From IMG/VR virus record IMGVR_UViG_2619619299_000002: a DNA stretch of 64,000 nucleotides. One strand, 5' to 3'. Every line of letters starts with the position of its first letter. The first letter of the stretch is position 1. The DNA is from an uncultured virus (IMG/VR IMGVR_UViG_2619619299_000002) (Duplodnaviria; Heunggongvirae; Uroviricota; Caudoviricetes). This document shows positions 36,668 through 47,097 of the stretch, in pieces. Position numbers and translations under genes: made by a program. The notes under the pieces were generated by a model. The model searched no databases. It had not been told where the DNA came from and saw only the letters and a program-made list of their open reading frames with translations.

Positions 36668-37630
36668 ATGGCGACAACCGTCAATAGCGACCTGATCATC
36701 TACAACGATGAGGCGCAAACTGCATACCTGGAGCGCGTTCAGGACAACCTGGACGTGTTCAACGCATCTTCCAATGGCGCGATCGTCCTCGACAACGAGC
36801 TGATCGAAGGCGACTTCCGCAAGCGCGCTTTCTACAAGATTGGCGGCTCGCTGGAACACCGCGACGTCAACTCCACCGGGAAGGTGACCGCCAAAAAGAT
36901 CGGCGCCGGTGAGGCCGTCGGTGTCAAAGCACCGTGGAAATACGGCCCGTACCAGACCACCGAAGAGGCGTTCAAGCGTCGCGGCCGCCCGGTTGATGAG
37001 TTCTCCCAGATCATCGGTGCCGACGTTGCCGACGCGACCTTGGAAGGCTTCATCCAGTACGCCACCGCCGCGTTGCGCGCCGCCATCGGCTCCAACGCCG
37101 GCATGGTGGTCTCGGCGAACATCGAAACCGACGGCAAGAAGACGCTGACCCGCGGCATGCGCAAATTCGGTGACAAGTTCGGTCGCATTGCGTTGTGGGT
37201 TATGCACTCCAGTGCCTACTTCGACATCGTCGACGAGGCCATCACCAACAAAATTTACGAAGAAGCCGGTGTCGTTATCTATGGTGGCCTGCCTGGCACC
37301 CTGGGCAAGCCCGTGCTGGTGACTGATACCGCGCCATCTGACGTGATCTTCGGCCTGCTGCCGAACGCCGTGGTGATCACCGAGTCCCAGGCCCCCGGCT
37401 TCCGTTCGTACAACGTGGACGACGAGGAAAACCTCGGCATCGGCTACCGCGCCGAGGGCACCGTCAACATTGACGTCCTGGGTTACAGCTGGAAGGAAAC
37501 TGCCGGCGGCGCGAACCCAACCCTGGCGGCTGTCGGTTCGGCGGCCAACTGGGTCAAGCATGCCGACAGCAACAAGGTCACCGCCGGCGTGATGATCACC
37601 CTCACCACTTCGCCACCAGCCGGCGGCTGA
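36668..37630 (+). CDS. Major capsid protein
   Basis: 320 aa; position after the scaffold; strong codon bias. Confidence 0.85.
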   Translation: MATTVNSDLIIYNDEAQTAYLERVQDNLDVFNASSNGAIVLDNELIEGDFRKRAFYKIGGSLEHRDVNSTGKVTAKKIGAGEAVGVKAPWKYGPYQTTEEAFKRRGRPVDEFSQIIGADVADATLEGFIQYATAALRAAIGSNAGMVVSANIETDGKKTLTRGMRKFGDKFGRIALWVMHSSAYFDIVDEAITNKIYEEAGVVIYGGLPGTLGKPVLVTDTAPSDVIFGLLPNAVVITESQAPGFRSYNVDDEENLGIGYRAEGTVNIDVLGYSWKETAGGANPTLAAVGSAANWVKHADSNKVTAGVMITLTTSPPAGG

Positions 37631-37676
37631 TATTCACCCCAGGAAGCGGTCGGCAACGGCCGCTACGGAGATTCCC

Positions 37677-38267
37677 ATGGAACTGATTTACACGAACCAG
37701 CTTGAGGGCTTTGATCCGGAGAAGCGCTACCGGACTGCGAGTCTATTTCGCGGCATTGAACGCGACGCGACGGCGGTGGTGGTCGTTGGCGAACATCCAG
37801 ATATCGTCGCTGCCTATGAGGCTGCAGGCGTTGACGTGTCGGTCGTCGAGACTCCAGCACCTTCCGCAGTCAGCGTGCCAGCGGGACTACCCGATGCGCT
37901 GGCTGAGGAAATTGCCAGGTTGCGGACTGAAAATGGCGCGCTCATTCTGCTGGTTGATGGCCTGGAAGCTGGCGAAATTCAGCGACCCGAAGTTGGTGAA
38001 ATCGCGTTGCGATTGTTTGGCGTGCTGGGCACCATCCACACCTCGGTTGGAGAGCTGACTACTGAGCGTGACGGCCTGCTCGTGACCGTCGACACACTGC
38101 GCGACGAGGTTGAAGTGCTGAAAAAAGCCGCCATCACGCCGCCGGCTGATGAGGCTGGAGAAATCGCGGCGCTGAAAGCAAAGCTCGATGACGCGAAGGT
38201 GCCGTACCGGGCCAACGCCTCGAAGGAATCCTTGGAAAAGCTCGTAGCTGATCTGCCCAAGGCCTGA
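37677..38267 (+). CDS. Hypothetical virion-region protein with C-terminal HeH/LEM-like motif
   Basis: LKAKLDDAKVPYRANASKESL. Confidence 0.7.
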   Translation: MELIYTNQLEGFDPEKRYRTASLFRGIERDATAVVVVGEHPDIVAAYEAAGVDVSVVETPAPSAVSVPAGLPDALAEEIARLRTENGALILLVDGLEAGEIQRPEVGEIALRLFGVLGTIHTSVGELTTERDGLLVTVDTLRDEVEVLKKAAITPPADEAGEIAALKAKLDDAKVPYRANASKESLEKLVADLPKA

Positions 38268-38325
38268 TAATGCTGGCTGCCAGTGACGCGGCCGCCAATC
38301 TCAAACCATTCCAGCGAGTTGACGC

Positions 38326-38829
38326 ATGACACTCATCATCGAGGACGGCACCGGCAAGCCTGACGCCGAAAGCTACGCGAGCGCTGAGGACTTGGCCCTG
38401 TATGCCGTGAAATTCGGCACAGTCATCCCCGCAGGCGTTCCCGAGCAGGAAGCATTGCTGCGCCGGGCCGCCTTGGCGATGGATGGCAAGACCTGGAAAG
38501 GCCGCAAGATGAGCAGCGAGCAGGCCTTGTCCTGGCCGCGCCGGGAAGTGCTGCTGGATCAGGAGATCAAGCCGAACAACTACCTGCCGGCGCGCATCCA
38601 GTACGGCCAGATGGCCCTGGCCGCTGAGATTCATCAGGACGATATCGACCCGGTGGAGAAGCGCAAAGGAGCTGTGCTGCTGGATCGTGTTGAGGGGGCG
38701 GTGACGCGACAGTATGCGGCTATTCCGTCTACCAGTAACCGGCTGCTGCCAGCGGCGCCTGATCGTCCGAGCGCAACGCAGTTTGCCGACTACCTTCAAA
38801 AGCGTGGGCTGTTCGCAGTACGCGCATAG
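38326..38829 (+). CDS. Head-tail adaptor (DnaT-like phage family)
   Basis: MTLIIEDGTG...AESYAS and QALSWPR motifs. Confidence 0.78.
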   Translation: MTLIIEDGTGKPDAESYASAEDLALYAVKFGTVIPAGVPEQEALLRRAALAMDGKTWKGRKMSSEQALSWPRREVLLDQEIKPNNYLPARIQYGQMALAAEIHQDDIDPVEKRKGAVLLDRVEGAVTRQYAAIPSTSNRLLPAAPDRPSATQFADYLQKRGLFAVRA

Positions 38830-38846
38830 ACACAGCGGAGACCGCC

Positions 38847-39215
38847 ATGGCCTTCTACGACGAAATGGCCGTGATGGCTCTGGAGATGATCACAGAGTTC
38901 GGCCAGCCCGTGACCATCAGCAAGACGGAGCCGGGCGAGTACGACCCGGAGACGGGCGGGGAAGCGCCGGGGGCAACTGTCGAACAGATCGCCCAGGGCA
39001 TTCTGCTCGACTTCACCGGCCAAGAATTCCAGAACAACAGCCTGATCAAACAGGGCGACAAGAAGCTCAAGATCGCCGCGCAGGGGTTGGCCTGGATGCC
39101 GGGGCTGCTCGACAAAGTGGTCGCTCAGGGGCGTACCTGGTCAATCGTTCCTCCGCTGAAAGAGGTCAACCCCGCCGGCACGCCGATTCTGTATGAACTG
39201 CAGGTTCGGTCATGA
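38847..39215 (+). CDS. Head-closure / neck protein
   Basis: Position; YDPETG and YELQVR motifs. Confidence 0.7.
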   Translation: MAFYDEMAVMALEMITEFGQPVTISKTEPGEYDPETGGEAPGATVEQIAQGILLDFTGQEFQNNSLIKQGDKKLKIAAQGLAWMPGLLDKVVAQGRTWSIVPPLKEVNPAGTPILYELQVRS

Positions 39216-39808
39216 GTCGGGCAGGCGCCGGTCAATCCGGCAGCTTCGCCCTGAGCCTGGCGGAGTTCGCCGCCCAGACCAGCGAAGCCATCGACGCCAG
39301 TGTGCGGGAGATCATCATCGAGGTTGGCAGCAGCCTTATCCGCATGTCTCCCGTGGGTAATCCGGAGATATGGGCGCAGAACGCTGTGGCAACTCAGTAC
39401 AACAAAGCCGTCGACGACCACAACAGTGCGCTGCGCAGCGATCCGGAAAACCTCACGAAGGGCGGCAGGCTCAAGAAAGGCCGCAAGCTCAACGACGGCA
39501 TGGATATCGTCGCGCCGGAAGGCTACGTCGGCGGCCGGTTCCGGGCGAACTGGCACATATCACTCGGTGTAGTCGAGAACGTCACCTTCGACGATGTGGA
39601 CCCGAGCGGCGCCGAAACCACTGCCGCGCTGGTTGCTGCGATGAGCGACTTCACTGCCGGCCAGATGGCCTACATCATCAACAATTTGCCCTACGCGATT
39701 CCGCTGGAGTTCGGCCACTCAACCCAGGCCCCAGGCGGCATGGTCCGGGTAACCGTGGCTCGCTTTCAGCAGATCGTGCTGGAAGCCATCAGGAACAACC
39801 AGGTATGA
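39212..39808 (+). CDS. HK97 gp10-like neck protein
   Basis: GRFRANW and NNLPYAIPLEFGHS.QAP.GMV motifs. Confidence 0.8.
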   Translation: MSRAGAGQSGSFALSLAEFAAQTSEAIDASVREIIIEVGSSLIRMSPVGNPEIWAQNAVATQYNKAVDDHNSALRSDPENLTKGGRLKKGRKLNDGMDIVAPEGYVGGRFRANWHISLGVVENVTFDDVDPSGAETTAALVAAMSDFTAGQMAYIINNLPYAIPLEFGHSTQAPGGMVRVTVARFQQIVLEAIRNNQV

Positions 39809-40233
39809 GTCACGCCCGCGCCCGTCAGGCCATCGAAACGAAGCTGGCCGCATGGGCGGCTGCGCGCCCGATAAGGGTGGCCTACCCAAATCAACCGTTC
39901 ACTCCGGGTTCTTCTGAAACCTACCTCCGAGCCTTTCAACTTCCAGCCAGCACCACCTGCCGCTATCTCGGCGGGGAGGCCTACGAGTACGCCGGTGTTT
40001 ACCAGGTCAGCATCGTTTGTCCGTCCGGCCAGGCTTTGGCCACCGCCGAGACGCTTATTGACGAATTGACCCGGCTGTTCCGCGTCGACACGCCTCTGAC
40101 CCGTAACGGTTTCGAAGGCCTGATCACTGAGCCAGTAGATCAGGGATCAACTATCACAGAGTCGGCGACCTACACGGTCCCGGCCAGCTTCACCTATCTG
40201 GGTGTCGCAGACCAACCGCCCGCCGGGGCATAA
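39805..40233 (+). CDS. Tail terminator-like protein
   Basis: Position before the tail tube gene; GVYQVSIVCP motif. Confidence 0.75.
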   Translation: MSHARARQAIETKLAAWAAARPIRVAYPNQPFTPGSSETYLRAFQLPASTTCRYLGGEAYEYAGVYQVSIVCPSGQALATAETLIDELTRLFRVDTPLTRNGFEGLITEPVDQGSTITESATYTVPASFTYLGVADQPPAGA

Positions 40234-40272
40234 CCTACCGCCGTCAGGCGGGCACTCAAGAGGAAATACACC

Positions 40273-40932
40273 ATGGCCGCACGCTTCCCGCTGCCGAACG
40301 GCGCTGTGCTGGAGATTGCCAGCGTTATGGGCTCCGCAGTCGCTTTCACCGCATTGACCAATGCGAAATCGCCAGTCGCTGCTTCTGTAGGGCACAGCAT
40401 TGAAAACGGCGACGTCCTGCTGATCAATTCTGGCTGGGCGCTGATCAACGACCGCGCCGTAAAAGCTTCCGGCATTACTGCTGATGCTTTCGCTCTGGCC
40501 GGTCTCAACACGACCAATACCGACAAATACACCGTCGGTGCAGGCGCTGGTTCTGTGATTCCCGTGTCCGGATGGACGCAAATCTCCAAGGTGACTTCTT
40601 TCACGTCCTCCGGCGGTGAGCAGCAGTACCAAACCGTCGGCTACCTGGAAGATGACGACGACAAACAGTTCCCGACAAACCGCAATCCGACCACGATCAC
40701 CATCGTGGTGGAGGACCAGCCAACGGCTCAGTACGTCGAAACCGTCGAAGGATACGACGACACCAAGGAGCTGGCGGTGGTCCGCATGAAGTTGCGTAAC
40801 GGTGACCAGATTCTCTACCCGGGCTATGTGAGCATTACCCCTGACCCAACCATGGAGCGCAACAACGTTATGACGCGCACCATCAGCATTGGGCTTTCCG
40901 CTCGTTCGCTCCGTTATTTGGCTGGCGCATAA
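40273..40932 (+). CDS. Major tail tube protein
   Basis: LPNGA start; SSGGEQQY motif. Confidence 0.85.
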   Translation: MAARFPLPNGAVLEIASVMGSAVAFTALTNAKSPVAASVGHSIENGDVLLINSGWALINDRAVKASGITADAFALAGLNTTNTDKYTVGAGAGSVIPVSGWTQISKVTSFTSSGGEQQYQTVGYLEDDDDKQFPTNRNPTTITIVVEDQPTAQYVETVEGYDDTKELAVVRMKLRNGDQILYPGYVSITPDPTMERNNVMTRTISIGLSARSLRYLAGA

Positions 40933-40941
40933 GGATTTTCC

Positions 40942-41322
40942 ATGGCAAAGATCAGGATCGCCCAGAACCCTACATTCAAGGCATTCGTGCTGATCCCAAT
41001 TGTTGGAGAGGAACCCGAGAAAATCGAGTTCACCTTCAAGTATCGGGATCGCCCGGGGCTTGCCGCCCTATTCGATGATTGGAGCGCAAAAGGGAAGGAG
41101 ATGCGCGCCAGTTTCGGTGACGACACCACATTGTCTGATGTCGTTTCTGCCGAGACCGAGCTTCAGGTGCAGCAAATCAAGGATCTCGTCGTTGGGTGGG
41201 GGTTTGATGACAAGTTTGACGACAAGAGCATCCAGGCCCTTGTTAAGTCATGTTACGGCACCGCCGAAGCGGTTGTCAGCGCCTATCAGAGCGCATTCAG
41301 CCAGGCTCGCCTGGGAAACTGA
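40942..41322 (+). CDS. Tail assembly chaperone (G-like)
   Basis: NPTFKA.V.IP motif; ends ARLGN over a slippery site. Confidence 0.85.
   Translation: MAKIRIAQNPTFKAFVLIPIVGEEPEKIEFTFKYRDRPGLAALFDDWSAKGKEMRASFGDDTTLSDVVSAETELQVQQIKDLVVGWGFDDKFDDKSIQALVKSCYGTAEAVVSAYQSAFSQARLGN
41313..41319 (+). other. Programmed -1 frameshift site GGGAAAC
   Basis: XXXYYYZ heptamer just before the stop; the -1 frame stays open to 41645. Confidence 0.85.
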
Positions 41323-41645
41323 TAGCGGCAGCCAAAGCAATGTACGAAAGCGGCCAATCTGCTGAGCAATTGGCTGCTCTCGGGCTGACGGCTGCCGACC
41401 TAGATGAGGACGATGTCGAGGTCTGGCCCTGCAACTGGCCGGCCTTCTTCCTGTTCAACCGGATGTCTACTCAGTGGCGAGCAGGCTCGGGCGGCGCGAT
41501 CGGTCTCGACTACAGCAGCATCCGCGACGTGGCCAGATTCCTTGGCATCAAGAAAAAGAAACTCGCTGAAATCTTCCCTGACCTTCAAGTCTTGGAAGGC
41601 GAAGCCCTGCGCGTCATGGCGGAGGAAAGGGAAAACCGCCCGTAA
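41319..41645 (+). CDS. Tail chaperone T-part (DUF1799-like), reached by frameshift
   Basis: EVWPCNW, TQWR and GLDY motifs. Confidence 0.8.
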   Translation: MIAAAKAMYESGQSAEQLAALGLTAADLDEDDVEVWPCNWPAFFLFNRMSTQWRAGSGGAIGLDYSSIRDVARFLGIKKKKLAEIFPDLQVLEGEALRVMAEERENRP

Positions 41646-41672
41646 CCGCGGGCACTTATTCAAGGTGAGTCG

Positions 41673-44600
41673 ATGAACATTGCAGAACTCGGCGTCAAGA
41701 TCGACTCGGCCGATGCGATCCAGGCCAAAACAAGCCTGGATGAGATGGCGAAGGCCGGTGGCCGGGCTGAGCAGTCCGCTGCCTCGTTGATGAACGAAAT
41801 TCAGGCCCTTGAGAAGTCGCTGTCCGCCAGCGCAAAAACCACCCAGGACCTGGCAAAGCAGCGTGATGCTCTCACCAAGCTGACCAAAACCGGCGCCTAT
41901 GGCGAGGCCGAAGCGGCGAAGATCTCCGCGCAGCTCGACAAGCAGCAGGTTGCTCTGGCCAAGTCCGCTCTGGATGAGCAAAAAGCTCTCAACAGCTTGT
42001 TGGGGGCAATTGACCCGGCCCGCGCGGCGCTGGCGAAACTCGACACTCAAGTCGAGCAACTGGGCAAGCACTTAGACGCGGGGCGTCTGAGTCAGGACGA
42101 CTACAACAAAGCCCTGGGCAATATCGACAAGGACTACGCCAAGCTCGAAAAAACCACCACCGGCTTCGACAAGCTGCGCCTCGGCACCCGCCAAGCGCAG
42201 GAAAACGTTATGCAGCTCGGTAACGCCCTGTCGACCGGCGATTGGGGGAGCGGTGCCCGGGCAATCACGCAGATCGGCGTAGGGGCCGGCGCCTCCATGA
42301 GCGGTCTGCTGGCACTAGCTGCTCCGATTGGCCTTGTGACTGCCGCCATAGGTGGGCTGGCCTACGCCTACTACAGCGGCAGTAGAGAGACGGAAGCCTT
42401 CAACAAGGCGCTGATCCTCACAGGCAATTATGCAGGTGCAAGCGCTGGACAGTTGAGCGATATGTCCCGCCAGGTCGTAGCGACAGTGGGCACCACCGGG
42501 CAGGCTGCGGACGTGCTGGTCACCCTGGCAGGTAGCGGTAAGCTCGCCAGCGGCAGTTTCGTGGAGATCGCCGAGGCGGCCCTATCCATGGAGAAGGCCA
42601 CCGGCAAGTCCATCGAGGCAACCGTTGCCGAGTTCGTCAAGATCGCCGACGACCCAGTGGCCGCCGCCAAGTCGCTCAACGAGCAGTATCACTTCCTCAC
42701 GGCCTCGGTTTATTCGCAGATCGTCGCACTCAAGGACCAAGGCGACGAAATCGGCGCCACTAAGCTGCTGACCGACACCTATGCCGACACTGTGCAGACC
42801 AGATCCCGCCAGGTGATAGAGAACCTGAACCTGTGGGAGCGGGCTTGGCTTGGCATCAAGAGTGCCGCGAGCGGCGCCCTAGATGGAATCAGCGATGTAG
42901 GTCGGCAGAAGAGCTACAACGACCAAATTAAGGACCTGCAGTCCAAGCTCACCGGCTCCGCTGCGTTCGACGTTGGCGGCACGAGAATGAACGCCCAGGA
43001 GGTGAGCCCGAAGGTTCGGGCCCAGATTCAGGCGCAGATCACCTTTCTTACGCTGCAGCGTGATGCCGATGATGCTCGGATCAAGTATTTCGATGACCAG
43101 GGAAAGGCGCAGCAATCGGCCATCGTCGCCAGCGACAAGATCGATGTGCTCACCAAGTCCTCCTGGACGAATGAGCAGAAGCGCGCCGAAGCACTCAAGG
43201 ATTACAAAAAACAGCTCGACGATATCCGCAAGGTTTCGCCGAACGATCCGCGCCTGGCACAGGCCACGATCGACAAGAACATCTCCAACATCAACGACAA
43301 GTTCAAAGACCCTAAGGCCCCGGGTTCTCAGGTCGACCTGACCGGCTTCAACGACGCCAAGAACAACCTGGTGGCCATCGCCGCGGACTACAAAAACTAC
43401 CAGAAGGAGCTGGACGCAGCGCAGAAGGCTGGCCTGCTGTCCGAGGCCGATTACCTGCTGCGCCGCCAGGCCCTGATCGGCAACGAGCGCGATCAGGTGA
43501 CGGCAGCCTACGAGGCGGAAATCACCGCGCTGGAAGCCGCCAAGGGCAAGAAGACTACGTCGGCCGCGCAAAGCATCCAGCTTGACCAGAAGATCGCTGA
43601 CGCGCGCGCAGGGATGGTCAAGGCGCAGAAGGATGCCGACAGCCAGCTTGAAGTGTTGGCCGCCAATGAGGCCGGGCGCCTTGCCAAGCAGGAGCGCGCG
43701 ATCAGCACCTACATCCAGGCGCTGGGGCAGCAACAGCGGGCACTTGAATTGGCTGGCCAGCGCGCAGTACTCGGCGTGGGCCAGGGTGATCGCCAAAACG
43801 CGCTCAGCGGCGAGCTGAACAGCCAGCAAGATCGGTTTGCTCAGCAGTCCCTAGAGTTGGCCAACCAGAAGTCCGACCCGTCGCGGAATATGTCGGAGGA
43901 GGAGTTCAAGCGTAAATCCCATGCGCTCGCCGATGCGAATAAGGCGGCGACCGACCAAATCCGGCAGAACTACGCGGATGTGGAAGCTGCCCAGGGTGAT
44001 TGGACGAAGGGCGCGACGGCTGCTTGGGATAACTACCTGGATTCGGCGCGGAACATCGCCGGCCAGACGAAAAGCCTGTTCGGCAATGCATTCAGTTCCA
44101 TGGAGGATTCGCTGGTCAACTTCGCCGTTACAGGCAAGGCGTCGTTTGCAGACTTCACCAAGTCGATTTTGGCGGACATGGCGCGCATTGCGACACGTCA
44201 GGCCAGTTCCGCTTTGCTGGGCAGCCTGGTAGGGGCGGCGGCGAGTTACTTCGGCGGCAGTGCCGCCGGCGGCAACGGGCTGGCCGCCGGATCTGCCGGC
44301 GCTGCATCTTCCAATCTTGGAGCTTCAGCGGGGGGCTACTCGGGCAGCTACTTCCCGCAAGCCATGGGCGGCGCCTGGTCGGGCGGAGTGCAGATGTTCG
44401 CCGACGGCGGCGCATTCACGAACTCCGTCGTCAGCAAGCCTACGGCTTTCGGTATGGCCAACGGCAAGACCGGCGTCATGGGTGAGGCAGGGGAAGAGGC
44501 GATCATGCCGCTGACCCGAACGTCCAGCGGCAAGCTCGGCGTTATGGCCATGGGCGGCGGGTCCGGCGGAACGCAGATCAATGTCGAGGTGCATATCGAC

Positions 44601-44753
44601 GGTGAAGGCAACGCATCGTCTACCTCTGATGCGCCTGGTTATGACCTGTTCGGCAAGGAGCTGGCGACGTTCGTTGAGCAGAAGTATCAGGAACTGCGCA
44701 GCAGGGACATGCGCCAGGGCGGCGTCATCAACAACGCAATCAAGGGGCGATGA
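41673..44753 (+). CDS. Tail tape measure protein
   Basis: 1026 aa, Ala-rich helical; FNKALILTGNYAG lambda-type motif. Confidence 0.95.
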   Translation: MNIAELGVKIDSADAIQAKTSLDEMAKAGGRAEQSAASLMNEIQALEKSLSASAKTTQDLAKQRDALTKLTKTGAYGEAEAAKISAQLDKQQVALAKSALDEQKALNSLLGAIDPARAALAKLDTQVEQLGKHLDAGRLSQDDYNKALGNIDKDYAKLEKTTTGFDKLRLGTRQAQENVMQLGNALSTGDWGSGARAITQIGVGAGASMSGLLALAAPIGLVTAAIGGLAYAYYSGSRETEAFNKALILTGNYAGASAGQLSDMSRQVVATVGTTGQAADVLVTLAGSGKLASGSFVEIAEAALSMEKATGKSIEATVAEFVKIADDPVAAAKSLNEQYHFLTASVYSQIVALKDQGDEIGATKLLTDTYADTVQTRSRQVIENLNLWERAWLGIKSAASGALDGISDVGRQKSYNDQIKDLQSKLTGSAAFDVGGTRMNAQEVSPKVRAQIQAQITFLTLQRDADDARIKYFDDQGKAQQSAIVASDKIDVLTKSSWTNEQKRAEALKDYKKQLDDIRKVSPNDPRLAQATIDKNISNINDKFKDPKAPGSQVDLTGFNDAKNNLVAIAADYKNYQKELDAAQKAGLLSEADYLLRRQALIGNERDQVTAAYEAEITALEAAKGKKTTSAAQSIQLDQKIADARAGMVKAQKDADSQLEVLAANEAGRLAKQERAISTYIQALGQQQRALELAGQRAVLGVGQGDRQNALSGELNSQQDRFAQQSLELANQKSDPSRNMSEEEFKRKSHALADANKAATDQIRQNYADVEAAQGDWTKGATAAWDNYLDSARNIAGQTKSLFGNAFSSMEDSLVNFAVTGKASFADFTKSILADMARIATRQASSALLGSLVGAAASYFGGSAAGGNGLAAGSAGAASSNLGASAGGYSGSYFPQAMGGAWSGGVQMFADGGAFTNSVVSKPTAFGMANGKTGVMGEAGEEAIMPLTRTSSGKLGVMAMGGGSGGTQINVEVHIDGEGNASSTSDAPGYDLFGKELATFVEQKYQELRSRDMRQGGVINNAIKGR

Positions 44754-45091
44754 TGGCTATCGAACGATTCACCTGGGCAACGGAAAAGGGCGCGGAGGGT
44801 GATGTGACCCAGCGCGTCCGGACCAAGCAGTTCGGCGATGGGTACGAGCAGTCGGTCGAAGATGGCCTCAATAACCAGTCCCAATCCTGGCCGCTCACAT
44901 TCACCGGCGCCAAGGCTCGTGTTCTGGAAATCAAGGCGTTCCTCGATCGGCACAAGGGCGCCAAGGGATTTCTATGGGAGCCGCCCCTGGGCGAGCTTGG
45001 CCTCTACAAATGCAACGGCTACAAGCCGGTTCACCGCGGTGGCCAGGTCTACGCCATCACCGCCACCTTCAAGCAAACCTTTCATCCCTGA
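44750..45091 (+). CDS. Minor tail protein (lambda M-like)
   Basis: FGDGYEQ...DGLN and FLDRHKG...FLW.PP motifs. Confidence 0.9.
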   Translation: MMAIERFTWATEKGAEGDVTQRVRTKQFGDGYEQSVEDGLNNQSQSWPLTFTGAKARVLEIKAFLDRHKGAKGFLWEPPLGELGLYKCNGYKPVHRGGQVYAITATFKQTFHP

Positions 45092-45100
45092 GGCCTATCC

Positions 45101-45853
45101 ATGGCACTGATCACGGACATCCAGAAGCTGGAGCCCGGTGGCGAGATTCGCCTGTTTGAAATTGACGGGACTGAGTACGGCGCGGATTACCTGCGCTTCC
45201 ACGGGCATGCCATTCCGCACACACCTGAAGAGTTGCTGGCCTGCGAGCATTCGGAAGAGGATCTGCCTGCGAAGTCGATCTGGTGGCGGGGAGAGGAGTA
45301 CGCGGCCTGGCCGGTACAGATTGAGGGGATTTCCTCGAGTAGCGACGGCACAGCCTCACGGCCGACATTCGCTGCCGGCAACGTCAACGGCAGAATCACG
45401 GCGCTGTGCCTGGCCTTCGAGGACATGCTCAAGTTCAAGCTGACGGTTCGCGAGACCCTGGCCCAGTATCTGGACGCAGCCAACTTTCCCGACGGCAACC
45501 CGACTGCAGACCCGACCCAGGAAGCGTTGGAGATCTGGTACATCGACCAGAAAACCAGCGAGGACGGCGAGGCGGTGGTCTGGGAGCTGTCTTCCCCGGG
45601 TGAGATCGACAACCACGGGCTGCCCGGCCGGCAGATGACGACGTTTTGCCACTGGAGCATGACAAACGGCTACCGCGGGCCTGACTGTGGCTACACCGGT
45701 GCGGCCATGTTCGATGACGAGGACAACCCCACGGATGACCCCGCCAAGGATCAGTGCAAGGGCTGTCTGTCGTCGTGCAAGTTGCGCTTCGGCGAGAGCA
45801 ACGAGCTCAGTTTCGGTGGGTTTCCCGCTGTGAGCTTGGTCTCAAGGAGCTGA
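45101..45853 (+). CDS. Minor tail protein (lambda L-like)
   Basis: C-terminal Cys cluster; CKLRFG...FGGFP. Confidence 0.92.
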   Translation: MALITDIQKLEPGGEIRLFEIDGTEYGADYLRFHGHAIPHTPEELLACEHSEEDLPAKSIWWRGEEYAAWPVQIEGISSSSDGTASRPTFAAGNVNGRITALCLAFEDMLKFKLTVRETLAQYLDAANFPDGNPTADPTQEALEIWYIDQKTSEDGEAVVWELSSPGEIDNHGLPGRQMTTFCHWSMTNGYRGPDCGYTGAAMFDDEDNPTDDPAKDQCKGCLSSCKLRFGESNELSFGGFPAVSLVSRS

Positions 45854-45855
45854 TC

Positions 45856-46620
45856 ATGCGAAAACACATCATCATCGCGATCCAGGCGCACGCGGCAACG
45901 GAGTATCCCCGCGAGTGCTGCGGGCTGTTGTTGGTCATAGGGCGCACGCAGAAGTACTTCCCATGCCGGAACATCGCCACGGAGCCGAACGAAGAGTTTC
46001 GGCTCGATCCCGAGGATTACGCTGCGGCGGAAGATTTGGGGGAAGTGATTGGCATTGTCCACTCGCATCCGGACGCCACCAGCAGACCATCACCGCATGA
46101 CCTAGCCATGTGCGAAGCCACAGAGCTGCCCTGGCACATTCTGAGCTGGCCTGAGGGCGACCTAAGGTCGATCACGCCAACGGGCAGCACGCCGCTGCTC
46201 AGGCGCCCGTTCGTACACGGCGCCTGGGACTGCTGGCAGGTCTGCGCTGACTGGTACCAGCGTGAATGGGGGCTTGAGTTCGAAGCCTTCCATCGCGTCG
46301 ATGGGTGGTGGGAGAGTGCCGAGAACGCCAGCCTGTACGAGCAGCACTACGAGGCTGCCGGCTTTGTTCGCGTGGACCGGCCGCAGCGCGGTGATCTGAT
46401 CGTCATGCACGTAGGGCGGACGGCTCACCCGAACCATGCCGGGATCTACCTGGGCACTGATCCAGCTCTACCAGGTGAAGAGTCAGGCACTTTTGGCCCC
46501 GGGCCTTTCCTACTGCACCACCTGTATGGCAGGCCTTCCGAAATCATAGTTTTTGGTGGCCCGTGGCATGACAGAACGCGCCTGATCCTCAGGCACAGAT
46601 ACGCAAAACAACCCACATGA
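45856..46620 (+). CDS. Tail assembly protein K (JAB plus NlpC/P60)
   Basis: YPRECCG, HSHPD, DCW and NHAGIY motifs. Confidence 0.92.
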   Translation: MRKHIIIAIQAHAATEYPRECCGLLLVIGRTQKYFPCRNIATEPNEEFRLDPEDYAAAEDLGEVIGIVHSHPDATSRPSPHDLAMCEATELPWHILSWPEGDLRSITPTGSTPLLRRPFVHGAWDCWQVCADWYQREWGLEFEAFHRVDGWWESAENASLYEQHYEAAGFVRVDRPQRGDLIVMHVGRTAHPNHAGIYLGTDPALPGEESGTFGPGPFLLHHLYGRPSEIIVFGGPWHDRTRLILRHRYAKQPT

Positions 46621-46769
46621 CGCGGTGAGTCCGCATGAGGAAAGTATGGAAAAGCCATTTGAGATAGAAGAGAACGGCAAGGCGCGTATTGTCGTAGCCG
46701 TGATTTGCGACGATTGGAGGGTGCTGATGGTCAAGCACCCTCAAACCGGTGTTTATTACGCAGCCGGCA

Positions 46770-47018
46770 TTAAGCTCGGCCGGTAATCGATTGAGACAAG
46801 CTGTCTAAGTAGCTATCGTGCAGCCCTTTATCGATGCCCTCGAACCTTTCGGCCTTCAGATTTTGAAGATCTTGGGAAATTACGTTCGCTATTGCATCGT
46901 TGCCAAATGCAAGTCGACGCCCGAGAACTGCTGCCGCATTCATGTTGAAAACAATTGCAGTCTTGAGTGCTAGCTCTAATTCTTCTAGGCGTTGATCGAC
47001 TGTTTTCTGATTACTCAC
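46770..47018 (-). CDS. Small hypothetical moron protein
   Basis: GTG start after GGAGG; 82 aa. Confidence 0.6.
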   Translation of the reverse strand: MSNQKTVDQRLEELELALKTAIVFNMNAAAVLGRRLAFGNDAIANVISQDLQNLKAERFEGIDKGLHDSYLDSLSQSITGRA

Positions 47019-47097
47019 ATTGACCTCCAGGTCATAAACGCGCCGATATTGGCGCAACCCCAGTCCTTGGGCTTGCAGGCGAAGGACTGGATAGTCT

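Noticed and set aside
36527..37561. Long antisense ORFs, for example 344 aa opposite the capsid gene, and others opposite terL, tape measure and replication genes
   Set aside because: Shadow frames produced by GC-rich codon bias; no motifs or ribosome-binding sites
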